A program made the position numbers and the translations under genes. A stretch of 64,000 nucleotides of DNA from an uncultured Gemmatimonadales bacterium (lineage in GTDB: Bacteria; Gemmatimonadota; Gemmatimonadetes; Longimicrobiales; RSA9): NCBI GenBank assembly GCA_963783305.1, contig CAWAMW010000015.1:1-64000 (forward strand), written 5' to 3'. Position 1 is the first letter of the stretch, and every line of letters starts with the position of its first letter. Under the pieces are notes generated by a model. It had not been told where the DNA came from. It did not search any database and saw only the letters and a list, made by a program, of their open reading frames with translations. Positions 38,266-48,663 of this stretch are shown one piece after another.

Positions 38266-39858
38266 CTACGGCGCGATGGCGTGAAAGGCGAGGCTCTCCT
38301 CGCGCTCCTCGGCGTGCTGAAGGCCCCAGCGGCTGCTGAACAGGATGAGCGGACGCTCTCTGGCGTCGAACACCAGCAGGCGCCCCTCCCCGCGCGCGAC
38401 TCGCCGAATATCGGGCTCCGGCCCCACCACCCAGCGGGCGTGGGTGTACGGCAGGCGCTCGAGCCGGGCCTTGGCGCCGTACTCGCCCTCGAGCCGGTGG
38501 AGAAGCACGTCGAACTGGAGCATCCCCACCGCACCCACAATGGGCGTATGCCCGGCCTGGATGTCCTCGTAGAAGACCTGCGCCGCCCCTTCCTCCGAGA
38601 GCTGCCGGAGCCCTGTATCCAGCTGTTTCCGCCGGAGCGGGTCCTCCGTCCGGATGCGAGCGAAATGCTCCGGGCTGAAGCGAGGGATCCCGCCAAAATG
38701 GATGTCACCGTTGGCGGAAAGTGTGTCCCCGATCCGGAGCTGGCCCCGGTCGTGGAGCCCGATCACATCCCCCGGCCACGCCTCTTCGACGGCCGTCCGG
38801 TCCTGCGCCATGAACTGCTGAGGCTGCGCCAGCCGGACATTCTCACCCGTCCTCGTGTTCTCAACCTGCATTCCGGGCTCGAACCGACCCGAGCAGATCC
38901 GAAGGAAGGCGATCCGGTCGCGGTGGCGCGGATCCATGTTCGCCTGGATCTTGAAAATGAAACCGGTGAAGGCCCCGTGCTCGGGCAGGATCGCCTCGCC
39001 CTCGTCGGTCTCCCGGGGAGCGGGACGCGGCGAGTACTCGAGGAAGTGCCGGAGGAGCGGCTCCACACCGAAGTTCGTGAGCGCGCTGCCGAAGAATGTG
39101 GGCGATAGTTCGCCCGCCTCTACGGCGGCCGGGTCGAATTCGGCACCCGCCAGCTCCAGCAGCTGCAGCTCTTCCTTCACGCGCTCCAGCACTTCGGCGG
39201 GCACGCGCTCGGCCACGCGAGGATCATCCAGTCCCCCCTCCAGCACCTTCGCTCTCCTGGCGCCATGGTCACCGCCCTTTTCGAACAGGCGAACCACGTC
39301 CTCCATCCGGTCATACACGCCAAGGAACTCGTTGCCGTGATGGATCGGCCAGGTGATAGGGTAGCACCGGATCCCGAGATCGCTCTCCACGTCATCGAGC
39401 AGCTGGAGCGGGTTCTCGCCCGCCCGATCGCTCTTGTTGACGAAGGTGAAGATGGGGATCCGACGGAGCTTGCAGACCTCGAAGAGCTTTCGCGTCTGCT
39501 CTTCCACACCCTTCCGGTTGTCCAGGAGCATGATGGCGCTGTCGGCGGCCACCAGGGTGCGGTACGTGTCCTCGGAGAAATCCTGATGCCCCGGAGTGTC
39601 CAGGAGGTTGATCCGATACCCCGAGTAGTCGAACTGGAGGACGCTGGAGGTGACGCTGATCCCTCGTTCCTTCTCGAGCTCCATCCAGTCCGAGGTCGCG
39701 TGGCGCTTGGCCCGCCGGGCCTTCACCGACCCCGCCAGGTGGATGGCGCCGCCGTACAGCAGCAGCTTCTCCGTCAGCGTCGTCTTGCCCGCGTCCGGAT
39801 GGCTGATGATGGCGAAGGTCCGCCGTCGGTCGATCTCTTTCTGGATTGTGGCCGTCAT
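38266..39858 (-). CDS. prfC: Peptide chain release factor 3
   Basis: RRTFAIISHPDAGKTT, DTPGHQDFSEDTYR and FKIQANMDPRHRDR motifs. Confidence 0.98.
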   Translation of the reverse strand: MTATIQKEIDRRRTFAIISHPDAGKTTLTEKLLLYGGAIHLAGSVKARRAKRHATSDWMELEKERGISVTSSVLQFDYSGYRINLLDTPGHQDFSEDTYRTLVAADSAIMLLDNRKGVEEQTRKLFEVCKLRRIPIFTFVNKSDRAGENPLQLLDDVESDLGIRCYPITWPIHHGNEFLGVYDRMEDVVRLFEKGGDHGARRAKVLEGGLDDPRVAERVPAEVLERVKEELQLLELAGAEFDPAAVEAGELSPTFFGSALTNFGVEPLLRHFLEYSPRPAPRETDEGEAILPEHGAFTGFIFKIQANMDPRHRDRIAFLRICSGRFEPGMQVENTRTGENVRLAQPQQFMAQDRTAVEEAWPGDVIGLHDRGQLRIGDTLSANGDIHFGGIPRFSPEHFARIRTEDPLRRKQLDTGLRQLSEEGAAQVFYEDIQAGHTPIVGAVGMLQFDVLLHRLEGEYGAKARLERLPYTHARWVVGPEPDIRRVARGEGRLLVFDARERPLILFSSRWGLQHAEEREESLAFHAIAP

Positions 39859-39936
39859 AGCCCTGAATGGTCGCGCCAACCGGGCCAGGATTCAAGGGCA
39901 GGGGTCCGACAGTCACGTCCGGGCGCTGCTCCGGGA

Positions 39937-40686
39937 CTACCGCCTCCGGATGGGAATGTAGATCTCTTCCTCCACAACGGCGGAGAGACGAATGCCATCG
40001 TGCAGCTTGGGCTCGAAGTCGGTGCCGAAGACCCAGTCCATGAGGAACTGGTCGACGACGGTGTCGCCGCTCGGGCGCGGCAGTCGCACGCCGGTGATCC
40101 GTCCGTCAGGGTCGAGGAAGATCTGGATCGGGTAGCGGCGACCACGCGCATGCTCGAGCGCGGCCAGGTCCCGTGCGGAGGTGACGAGGGGGATCACCCG
40201 CTGCCGGAGTCCTTTCCTCGGCTCGGGCGGACAGATGACCGACGGCTCCAGCCCCGCGACATCGCCGCCGACCACGTGGACGCGCACTCCCCAATCGATG
40301 GGCCCTGCCTCGTTCAGCGACTCCATGAAGAGACGCTCCAGCGTCGCGACGCGGGTCGGGTCGAGGGAGGATTCTATCGCCTGGACCCAGGCGAGGCGCC
40401 CCTGATCGTCATATCGTACGGAAAGGACGACGCTGTCGGAGGGGGTCAGGTCGAGACCCCAGAGCGCGACATTGCCGCGGGTCCCAAGCCGGGCGAGTCG
40501 CGAGAAGGCGGGGAGCTCGGCGTCCCTCGAGGCGAACTGGCACGTCCGACCCTCCACGCCCGGCAGCTCGACCCGGGCCATACCACCCCGCCGCAGCTCG
40601 CCGGGAGGGGTACGGCCACCGCACGCACCGACTCCCGTTGCGAGAATCAGCGCCAGTCCCACGAGAGCAGCGTTCCTCCGCACCAT
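39937..40686 (-). CDS. Lipoprotein with TonB C-terminal-like domain(s)
   Basis: Lipobox VGAC; IFLDPDGRITGV...SGDTVVDQ...FEPKL near the C-terminus. Confidence 0.7.
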   Translation of the reverse strand: MVRRNAALVGLALILATGVGACGGRTPPGELRRGGMARVELPGVEGRTCQFASRDAELPAFSRLARLGTRGNVALWGLDLTPSDSVVLSVRYDDQGRLAWVQAIESSLDPTRVATLERLFMESLNEAGPIDWGVRVHVVGGDVAGLEPSVICPPEPRKGLRQRVIPLVTSARDLAALEHARGRRYPIQIFLDPDGRITGVRLPRPSGDTVVDQFLMDWVFGTDFEPKLHDGIRLSAVVEEEIYIPIRRR

Positions 40687-40787
40687 GGCCCTTCTCCACG
40701 TTCAGATTCTTCTACGGCACCCGAGCTGTGCCGGCTGCACATAGAACGACTCAGGGCCGGCCGATGGGACACCCCATTATGATCGCT

Positions 40788-41531
40788 TCATGGGTTCGGA
40801 GGCACCAGCGCGTCGTCCACGACGCGGCGAGTCTCCACACCCGTCAACCACGAAAGGAGCGGGAGGAAGACCGCGTAGCTGACGCCCTCCACGAGGGCAG
40901 GAAACGCGTTTTCGCCCCGGTAGAGGTCGGCGGCCAGAAGGAGCATTAGCCACAGGTATGACATGCCGACGATCGCCGTCGTCCCTCCAACGGATCCGAA
41001 GTCCCTCGAGAGCCGTCGTGCCGAAGTGTAACCTGGGCCTCGCCAGATCCACGGGAAGGTCGTACTCGACTGGCCCAGCTCGTCGGGCACGACCACCCCC
41101 AGGGCGGCCAAAGGCCAGAGTCGCGCCAGAACCGGCAGAAGAGCCACGGCGGCACCCGCCACCTCCGCAGCCGTCCCGGGCAGCCCCAGGAAGTCGCCCA
41201 GCATCCCGCCGAGGGTTCCGCCCACCGCGCCCGCCAGTGCCAGGAGCAGAAGAAGTACGAGCAGGTTCATCGCATGACTCGGCAGCCTCCGAAACGCGAG
41301 CTGGGCCACGTTGCGACCAGCGTGAAGGCCTTCGGAACGGGCGGCGGCGGCGACCACCAGAACGCTGCCCAGCACGGCCAGCGCAACCTCCTGAACAGCC
41401 GGCGCCGAGGGCGCACCAGCAAGCAACCAGACCAGCGCCGCCGCGGGCGCCATTCGCAAGTACGCCACGACGAACCGGCCGAGGCTCAGGTCGGGTGCCG
41501 AACCAGTCCGGGCGCTGGGCACCGTAGGCAC
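40788..41531 (-). CDS. Multi-pass membrane protein
   Basis: About six hydrophobic segments; start uncertain. Confidence 0.7.
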   Translation of the reverse strand: MPTVPSARTGSAPDLSLGRFVVAYLRMAPAAALVWLLAGAPSAPAVQEVALAVLGSVLVVAAAARSEGLHAGRNVAQLAFRRLPSHAMNLLVLLLLLALAGAVGGTLGGMLGDFLGLPGTAAEVAGAAVALLPVLARLWPLAALGVVVPDELGQSSTTFPWIWRGPGYTSARRLSRDFGSVGGTTAIVGMSYLWLMLLLAADLYRGENAFPALVEGVSYAVFLPLLSWLTGVETRRVVDDALVPPNP

Positions 41532-41539
41532 TCTCGGGA

Positions 41540-41815
41540 TCAGGTCCGGGGAACCATCCCCCGCCGCTCACGCAGCATCTCGAGCGTGGCCTGGACCTTC
41601 TCCTCCAGCGCCGTAGAAACGTCGTCGAGCGAAACTTCGCTCCCTTCGATCTCGACCACGAGAGGGTCCGGCTCGGTCTCATTCAGGTCCGCGATCTTCT
41701 CCCGCAGGTCCTCCACCTTGCCGAAGGCGAACACAGCCTTCTGCAGCCATGTGGCCTCCTGCTGGATCAGACGCATCTCTCGTCGTTGTTTCCGCTTTTC
41801 CTTGCTCTGGTTCAC
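41540..41815 (-). CDS. Hypothetical protein
   Basis: GGAGG RBS before GTG; helical, charged sequence. Confidence 0.8.
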   Translation of the reverse strand: MNQSKEKRKQRREMRLIQQEATWLQKAVFAFGKVEDLREKIADLNETEPDPLVVEIEGSEVSLDDVSTALEEKVQATLEMLRERRGMVPRT

Positions 41816-42011
41816 TCCGCCTCCATTGAGTTGATCCGATGGGTCGACTCTGCTCCTACCAACGAGAGCCCCTGAAGGTCCGAGCGCCGATCCACTCGAC
41901 CCGGGGTTCGGGCGAGACGCCCGGTCGCCATGCCTTCACTAACGGCAATCCTGATGCCGCCCATGCCCTTTCAGCCATTCCCGTGCCCCGCCGGGGAGCA
42001 CACACTCGCGC

Positions 42012-42857
42012 ATGGCCAACGACCTCCTTTCCACAGCAGCCGCGATTTCGTCGCGGAGCTGCCCACGATGCGCCTGTCCGCGCAGCCACCGCTGGGGACG
42101 ATTCTCGAACCGGCAGCGGTATCGGTGCCTCGGCTGCCAACGGACGTTCAGCACGTTTACCGGCACGGCGCTCCATTATCTGAAGAGGATCGATCGGTGG
42201 CCAGAGTTCTGCCTCGCGATGCAGGGAACGGAGACCATCCGAAGGACCGCGGTCCGGCTGGATATCCATCGTGACACCGCCTTCCGCTGGCGGCACCGAT
42301 TTCTCGCGACTCTGGGTCGCGGCGAGTCGGTGCTTTTGTCGGGAAACGTCGCGGCAGGAATGATCCGGTTCAGGTACACCCGAAAGGGCGCCAGAGAGCC
42401 CGGCCCCGAAGCCATGGGTGGAGTGACCCGAGGAGATGTCCAGGCATGGGTCGCACTGGCACGGGACCACCGGGGTGCCGCCATCAGCGCAGTCACGATC
42501 GCCCCCGGCATCGGCGTGACCCACCTCGTCGAGGCGCTCACGGACCGTGTAGCGCCGGGTGCCGTGCTCCGAAGCCGCGAGGGACCCTACTCCTGGACGG
42601 CCATCTGCGCTCGGCGCATGCGGCTGCGGTTCGAGTCTTTGCCGCGTCACAGACAGTCGCCGCACGACCCGGAGCAGATCGCTCTCTATGCGCTCCGAAT
42701 CCGAAAATGGATGGTCCGGTTCCGGGGCGTCGCGACCCGGTACCTGGCGCACTACCTCGTCTGGTTCCGCGCAGCCGATGCCGGTTGGCGGACGGATCGC
42801 TGGGACTGGTCGGCCGTCGCTCCCGGCGTCGGTGGGGGAATCGAACGGGGAGAGTAG
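42012..42857 (+). CDS. IS1595-family transposase-like protein lacking catalytic residues
   Basis: Zn ribbon CPRC...RYRCLGC, HTH TAFRWRHRFL, LARD and RFRGVATRYL..YL.WF; catalytic motifs substituted. Confidence 0.8.
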   Translation: MANDLLSTAAAISSRSCPRCACPRSHRWGRFSNRQRYRCLGCQRTFSTFTGTALHYLKRIDRWPEFCLAMQGTETIRRTAVRLDIHRDTAFRWRHRFLATLGRGESVLLSGNVAAGMIRFRYTRKGAREPGPEAMGGVTRGDVQAWVALARDHRGAAISAVTIAPGIGVTHLVEALTDRVAPGAVLRSREGPYSWTAICARRMRLRFESLPRHRQSPHDPEQIALYALRIRKWMVRFRGVATRYLAHYLVWFRAADAGWRTDRWDWSAVAPGVGGGIERGE

Positions 42858-43025
42858 AAGCGTCGAGCCGGCCATCGTGGCTTCCGCTCCGCGCGCCCCC
42901 CCGGGTGCGCAGGGTGTCCGTCCACAGGTTCTGCCGGACGGTAGATCCAGGGGGTGGATCGCCACCCTCGTTCGTGCCCGCTATTGTTCGGACCGCGGAC
43001 GGCGTCTTTCGCTGCTAATATCGCT

Positions 43026-43170
43026 GTTTGTCAGCGGGAATTGTGGGCCGGCAGCAATATCGGGGGAGCGGTCGGGACGAAGGCAGAGTTCAGGGGGGCG
43101 GCCCCGGATTCTCAGCGCCTGCCGCACATTCCTCTACGCGCCAACAGTTCCTGCCGACAATCTCAGAGGG
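43026..43170. repeat. Inverted-repeat element, copy 1
   Basis: gtttgtcagcgggaattgtggg (43026-43047) and ccaacagttcctgccgacaatc (43141-43162) match 17/22 as inverted arms. Confidence 0.75.
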
Positions 43171-43222
43171 TCGGGGCCCGAGGACCCGGCTGTAGCATTT
43201 CCCATCGTCTGGGGCGGCGCCC

Positions 43223-43555
43223 TCACCGACCCGCGGGGTCTTCTTCCCTTATCATCACGAGCATCATCTTGAACTCCACCCGCGCCTCCAAGCCGTGAGG
43301 CACACTGGCGGGCAGCGTCATCGTCTCGCCCTTCCGGACGGTGTGCGGAGTCCCTCCCACCCTTATCTCCGCCTCCCCGTCGAGGATCACGACCAGGGCC
43401 TCATACGGAGAAGTATGCTCCGTCAGCCCCTCGCCTTCCCCGAACGCGAAGAGCGTAACGTTGCCACCGCGCCGACCTAGAATCTTACGACTCACCACCG
43501 ACCCGGGCTGATACGATACCAGCTCCTCCAGCACGTTCACATCGATATCACTCAT
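43223..43555 (-). CDS. Cupin domain protein
   Basis: VTLFAFGEGEGLTEHTSP and PASVPHGL motifs. Confidence 0.9.
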   Translation of the reverse strand: MSDIDVNVLEELVSYQPGSVVSRKILGRRGGNVTLFAFGEGEGLTEHTSPYEALVVILDGEAEIRVGGTPHTVRKGETMTLPASVPHGLEARVEFKMMLVMIREEDPAGR

Positions 43556-43770
43556 GACCCACCTTCTGCCCTTTCCGCGCCGGCTGGCGCCATCAAGCGA
43601 AGCCGCTTCAGTCCGCTAATTCTGAGCCGTGGCTCCCGGGAAGGCCAGCGTCGTCCGGGTATATTCCACGGGGCGTGAGGTCGAGCGCTCGACCTCACGT
43701 CTGGGATTGCCGGAGCCCCGCCCTGACTCCATGTTCTCGGCAGGTAACCTCCCGAAAGGAAAATCTCGCC

Positions 43771-46005
43771 ATGCGATCAGCTCTCCGCGGGCTCCCCTTC
43801 CTGATCCTTATCACAGCCTGTGCCGGGAGTCGCGTCGGCTCCGGTGCTGGCGTTCCGATCTCCTCCCGAATCGTGGACCAGTCGGTCGACCGCGTCACTG
43901 CGGCCGACTACTCGCGCGCAGAACGCTTCCTGCCTGCCAACGTCTCGGGTCTGGTCCTGCACGAACCGAGGGAGATCTCCTGGGTCGGCGGTGGGGATCT
44001 CCAGTACCTGACCTTCAGCGAGGCGGGCATCGAGCGAGTCCTGGTCGATCCGGCGACGGGGACAGTGGAGCGAACCCTCGTCGGATCGCCCGCGGACACG
44101 GCGGCCGGAGGGAGTGCGCCGGGGATCCCGGCCCCTGACGGCGATGTGGACCGATCCATGGTGGTCTCCCCTGATGGATCGTTCGGGGCCTTCCGTCGCG
44201 AGCACGACCTCTGGATACGAGAACTGCAGACGGGGGCCGAGCATCGTCTGACCGAGGGGGGAACGGCGGAATTCGGATACGCCACGAACAACGCGGGCTG
44301 GGTGCGAAGCGACCGCCCCGTTCTGCGCTGGTCCCCCGACTCACGCCGGATCGCGACGTTCCGCCACGACGCCCGTGGTGTCGGCGAGATGTACCGCGTG
44401 TCCACGAACGTGGGACACCCCACGCTGGATGCGTGGGCGTACCCGCTCCCGGAGGACACGGTGATTTTCCGGATCGAGCGGCTCGTCATTGACGTGTCCG
44501 ACCCGTCCGCACCGCGGGTGGTGGAGTTCAACATGCCGGCGGATCCGCACCGCTCGTCCGTATGCGATCACGTGTACTGCGACGGAACGTTCACCGACGT
44601 GGAGTGGTGGCAGGACGGATCGCACCTGGCGTTCGTATCCTCCTCTCGCGACCACAAGCGCGCGACACTGCGTGTCGCGGATGCGGAAACGGGAGCGGTG
44701 CGGACGGTGCTTGAAGAGCGGGTCCCGACCTTTTACGAATCCGGTCACAACGCCTACAACTGGCGCGTGCTGCCGGAGAGCGACGACGTGATCTGGTATT
44801 CACGCGAGAGCAACTGGGGGCATCTCTACCTGCACGACCTGCGTACGGGTGATCGCAAGCACGCGGTCACGGCGGGCGATTGGAACGTCCTCGAGGTGGT
44901 CCGGCTGGACTCCCTCTCCCGCACCGCGTGGTTCATCGGCAACGCGCGGGAGCCGGGCGATCCCTATTTCGAGTACCTGTACCGCGTCGGGCTCGATGAC
45001 GGAGAGGTGATGCTCCTGACGCCGGACAGCGCTATGCATGAGGTCTCCCTTTCCCCGGATGGCCGGTATTTCGTGGACACGTACTCCACGCCCGTGAGCC
45101 CTCGGGTCACGGTTCTGCGGGACGCGTGGACAGGGGAGGTCGTGCAGCCGCTCGAGCGCGCCGACGCATCCCGCCTCTACGCAACCGGTTGGCGGCCGCC
45201 GGTCCCATTCTCCGTCACTGCCCGCGACGGCGTCACACCGCTCCACGGGCTCCTCTACCGTCCGACCTCCTTCGATTCGTCCAGGACATACCCGGTGATC
45301 AACTATATCTACCCGGGACCGCAGTCTGGAAGCGTGGGGACCCGGGGCTTCAGCCCTTCACGGCGAGATCACCAGGCGGTAGCGGAGCTCGGGTTCGTCG
45401 TCGTCACATTGGACGCCATGGGTACGCCAATGCGGTCCCGCAGCTTCCACGAAGCGTACTACGGCGACCTCGGTGACAACGGGCTGCCCGACCAGGTGTC
45501 CGCGATACGGCAGCTGGCATCACGGCACGCCTGGCTGGACCTGGACCGGGTGGGGGTTTGGGGCCACAGCGGGGGCGGATTCGCCGCCGCCGGGGCGATC
45601 TTCCGGTATCCTGACTTCTACAAGGTGGCGGTGAGCGAGGCCGGCAACCACGACAACCGCAACTACGAGGACGACTGGGGCGAGAAGTGGCACGGCCTCC
45701 TGCAGGCGCGACACGACGGCGGCACGAGCTATGACACCCAGGCGAATCAGCTCCTGGCCGCCAATCTCAGAGGGAAGTTGCTGCTGGCGCACGGCCTGAT
45801 GGACGACAACGTGCCGGCCTCCAACACGCTCCTCGTGGTACAGGCGCTGATCGAGGCAGACAAGGATTTCGACCTGATCGTATTCCCCGAAGCCCGGCAC
45901 GGCTTCGCCATGCACCCGTACATGATCCGGCGTCGCTGGGACTACTTCGTGGAGCACCTGCTAGGCGCAGAGCCCCCTACGGACTACGCGATCGGCGAGT
46001 ACTAG
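43771..46005 (+). CDS. S9B dipeptidyl-peptidase IV family lipoprotein
   Basis: Lipobox ITAC; IYPGP, GHSGGG, DDNV and RHGF motifs. Confidence 0.93.
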   Translation: MRSALRGLPFLILITACAGSRVGSGAGVPISSRIVDQSVDRVTAADYSRAERFLPANVSGLVLHEPREISWVGGGDLQYLTFSEAGIERVLVDPATGTVERTLVGSPADTAAGGSAPGIPAPDGDVDRSMVVSPDGSFGAFRREHDLWIRELQTGAEHRLTEGGTAEFGYATNNAGWVRSDRPVLRWSPDSRRIATFRHDARGVGEMYRVSTNVGHPTLDAWAYPLPEDTVIFRIERLVIDVSDPSAPRVVEFNMPADPHRSSVCDHVYCDGTFTDVEWWQDGSHLAFVSSSRDHKRATLRVADAETGAVRTVLEERVPTFYESGHNAYNWRVLPESDDVIWYSRESNWGHLYLHDLRTGDRKHAVTAGDWNVLEVVRLDSLSRTAWFIGNAREPGDPYFEYLYRVGLDDGEVMLLTPDSAMHEVSLSPDGRYFVDTYSTPVSPRVTVLRDAWTGEVVQPLERADASRLYATGWRPPVPFSVTARDGVTPLHGLLYRPTSFDSSRTYPVINYIYPGPQSGSVGTRGFSPSRRDHQAVAELGFVVVTLDAMGTPMRSRSFHEAYYGDLGDNGLPDQVSAIRQLASRHAWLDLDRVGVWGHSGGGFAAAGAIFRYPDFYKVAVSEAGNHDNRNYEDDWGEKWHGLLQARHDGGTSYDTQANQLLAANLRGKLLLAHGLMDDNVPASNTLLVVQALIEADKDFDLIVFPEARHGFAMHPYMIRRRWDYFVEHLLGAEPPTDYAIGEY

Positions 46006-46044
46006 CAGGACCCCACGCGCCTGCAGCCCTGGGGTCGGCCGCCA

Positions 46045-48489
46045 TCACTCGGCCGACAAGACCCGAACCGGATCCAGGCTCGCGGCGCGGATCGCCGGGA
46101 CAGCGGCCGCGGCTCCGCCCGCGATCAGGAGCACGGCGGAGACACCGACGAACGTCAGCGGCTCGAGGGCGGGAACCCCGTAGAGGAGACCTTCGATGAG
46201 ACGCGTGAGGAACGCGGCAGCTCCCGCACCGAGGACGACCCCGACCGCGACCAGGACCATACTCTGCCGCAGGACCATGGCGGCGACGTTCCGGCTGGTC
46301 GCGCCCAGCGCCATGCGCAAGCCCATTTCCGGCAGGCGCCGACCTACGGTGAAGGAGACGACACCGTAGAGTCCCACCACCGCCAGGACAAAAGCGAGGA
46401 AGGCGAAGAGCGAGAGTAGAATGGCGACGAAGCGATCCGGGGCGATGGCGGCCAGGACCAGTTCGTCTATCGTCGTGATCTGACCGGCGGCCAGCGTCTC
46501 ATCCAGCTCGGAGATGGCACTGCGGACCGCCGGAACCAGGGTCTTCGGCGGCACACTCGTCCTCAGGACCGTGGCGGCGTACCCGGCGGGGGCCTGGGCG
46601 TACGAAGAGTAGGTCGCCACCCTGCTGTCCTCACGGACGCCGAAGTTCCTGATGTCGGCCGCCACGCCCACGATCTCCCGCCAGGTCGGGTCGATCGAAC
46701 TCCCGAAGTTTATCCTTTGCCCCACCGGATCCTGACCGGGGAAATGGCGGCGGGCGAATGTCTCATTGATAATGAGCACGGGCGGGGCACTGCCGTCATC
46801 GGTGGCCTGGAACGAGCGCCCGGAGACGATCCGGATCCCCATGGTCGAAAAGTACGCCGGCGTTACGCGGCGGAACCACGTCGCCAGCGTCTGACCCCGC
46901 TCGGGGATCGGCTCGCCCTCGATGTTGAAGCTGACATCGCTGTCGAAGCCGGTGAGCGGGAGCGTGCTGGTCAGCCCCACGCTCACCACGCCCGGGAGCG
47001 CGGCCAGCCGCTCTTCGATAACGTCGTAGAAGGCCCTCCGCTGATCATCGGTCTCGTACTGCTCGCCCGGCAGGCTCAGCTGCAGGGCGAGGATGTTGGA
47101 TGGCTGGAACCCGAGGTCGGTGGTGCGCAGGTTCCGGAAGCTCTGCACCAGCAGACCGGCGCCTATGAGGAGGATCAGCGCGAGCGCGACCTGCCCCACC
47201 ACCAGAGCATTCCGGGCACGCGCCGTCCCGCGCCCGACGGAGCGTCCGCGGCCGCCCTCCCTCAGCGCGGTCGCGGCGTCCTCCCGGCCCGCCCGTATTG
47301 CGGGCACGAGTCCGAATATGACGCCCGCCACCATCGTCACGAGCGCGGTCACCGCGAGCACCCGCCCGTCCAGCCTCACCTCCTCGATCCGTGGAGTCCC
47401 TTCCGGAGCCATAGCGACCAGGAGGTCGGTCCCCCAGCTGGCAACGAGCACGCCGAGGGCGCCGCCCGCGACGGCCAGCAAACCGGCCTCCGTCAGCATC
47501 TGCCGTACGATCCGGCCCCGGGGAGCGCCCAGCGCCGACCGCACCGCCAGCTCTTCCCGGCGAGCGGTGGACCGGGCGAGCAGCAGATTGGCCACATTCA
47601 CGCACACCACCAGCAGCACGAAGCCCACGGCGGCCAGGAGTACGAGAAGCCCGGTCCTCGCCTCCGACACTACGTCGTCCCGGAGTTCGATCGCGTCAAA
47701 CGTCATGGCGACGTTCGACTCCGGATATCGTTGCTCGAGTCGCGCCCCGACCGCCCTCAGCTCCGCGTCCAGCGCCTCCATGGTCGTGGCATGGGTGCGG
47801 CGCCCCACGGCTCGCAGGTAGTAGGCGCCGCGGCGGACGGCCTCCTCGGACATGTCCGTTCGCAGCGGCGCCCACAGCTCCGCGTCCGGGACGAACGGCG
47901 GAAGGAACCGCGGGGGCATCACCCCGATCACTTCCCACGACTCACCACTGATCCGCAGCGTGCGCCCGATCACCGTCGGGTCTCCGCCAAATGCCCGCTG
48001 CCAGAACCCGTGCGACAGGATCAACGTCCCCTCTGACCCGGGATGATCGTCGTCCGGCCGGAAATTACGTCCCAGCTCCGGCTCGACCTTGAGCACGTGC
48101 GAAAACATGTCGTGCCCCACCGCCGCCCCGGTCAGCTGCTCGGCCTCACCCTCCCCCGTCAGGGTTCCGCGCCACCCTCCCCACGCCGCGAGGGCTTCCA
48201 AACCCGCCGTTTGTTCACGGAGATCGTGCAGATTGGCGTAGCTCAGCCACTCCTTGGACGGCTCGCCGCGCGCGCTCGCATCCGTCCACACGCTCACCAA
48301 CTCGTGCGATTCCGGGAACGGAAGGGGCCGGAACAGGATGCCGTCCACCACGCTGAAGATCGCCGTGTTCGCGCCGATCCCGAGCGCGAGCGTAACGAGG
48401 GCGACCGTGGTGAAGACCGGGTTCCGCGACAGCTGGCGCAGTCCGAATCTGACGTCCTGTCGCAGTACATCGAGGCGGGTAGGCTCCAT
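46045..48489 (-). CDS. ABC transporter permease, duplicated MacB/FtsX (ADOP-type)
   Basis: QDVRFGLRQL, LALGIGANTAIFSVV, NVANLLLAR and EMGLRMALGA motifs. Confidence 0.93.
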   Translation of the reverse strand: MEPTRLDVLRQDVRFGLRQLSRNPVFTTVALVTLALGIGANTAIFSVVDGILFRPLPFPESHELVSVWTDASARGEPSKEWLSYANLHDLREQTAGLEALAAWGGWRGTLTGEGEAEQLTGAAVGHDMFSHVLKVEPELGRNFRPDDDHPGSEGTLILSHGFWQRAFGGDPTVIGRTLRISGESWEVIGVMPPRFLPPFVPDAELWAPLRTDMSEEAVRRGAYYLRAVGRRTHATTMEALDAELRAVGARLEQRYPESNVAMTFDAIELRDDVVSEARTGLLVLLAAVGFVLLVVCVNVANLLLARSTARREELAVRSALGAPRGRIVRQMLTEAGLLAVAGGALGVLVASWGTDLLVAMAPEGTPRIEEVRLDGRVLAVTALVTMVAGVIFGLVPAIRAGREDAATALREGGRGRSVGRGTARARNALVVGQVALALILLIGAGLLVQSFRNLRTTDLGFQPSNILALQLSLPGEQYETDDQRRAFYDVIEERLAALPGVVSVGLTSTLPLTGFDSDVSFNIEGEPIPERGQTLATWFRRVTPAYFSTMGIRIVSGRSFQATDDGSAPPVLIINETFARRHFPGQDPVGQRINFGSSIDPTWREIVGVAADIRNFGVREDSRVATYSSYAQAPAGYAATVLRTSVPPKTLVPAVRSAISELDETLAAGQITTIDELVLAAIAPDRFVAILLSLFAFLAFVLAVVGLYGVVSFTVGRRLPEMGLRMALGATSRNVAAMVLRQSMVLVAVGVVLGAGAAAFLTRLIEGLLYGVPALEPLTFVGVSAVLLIAGGAAAAVPAIRAASLDPVRVLSAE

Positions 48490-48663
48490 CGGTGCAGCTC
48501 TCCGGGTCGGATGATCGGTCCAGTGTATCGAGGGAGGAATCGTGCCCGCGCACGTCACACGCCGAACACGCTGGGGCCCAGGGGGATAGGGATTATGTCG
48601 GGCGCAGCGACCTGTTCGAATCCGGGACAACCCACCCCGGAACCGCGCTTTGGACGAGGGCCG

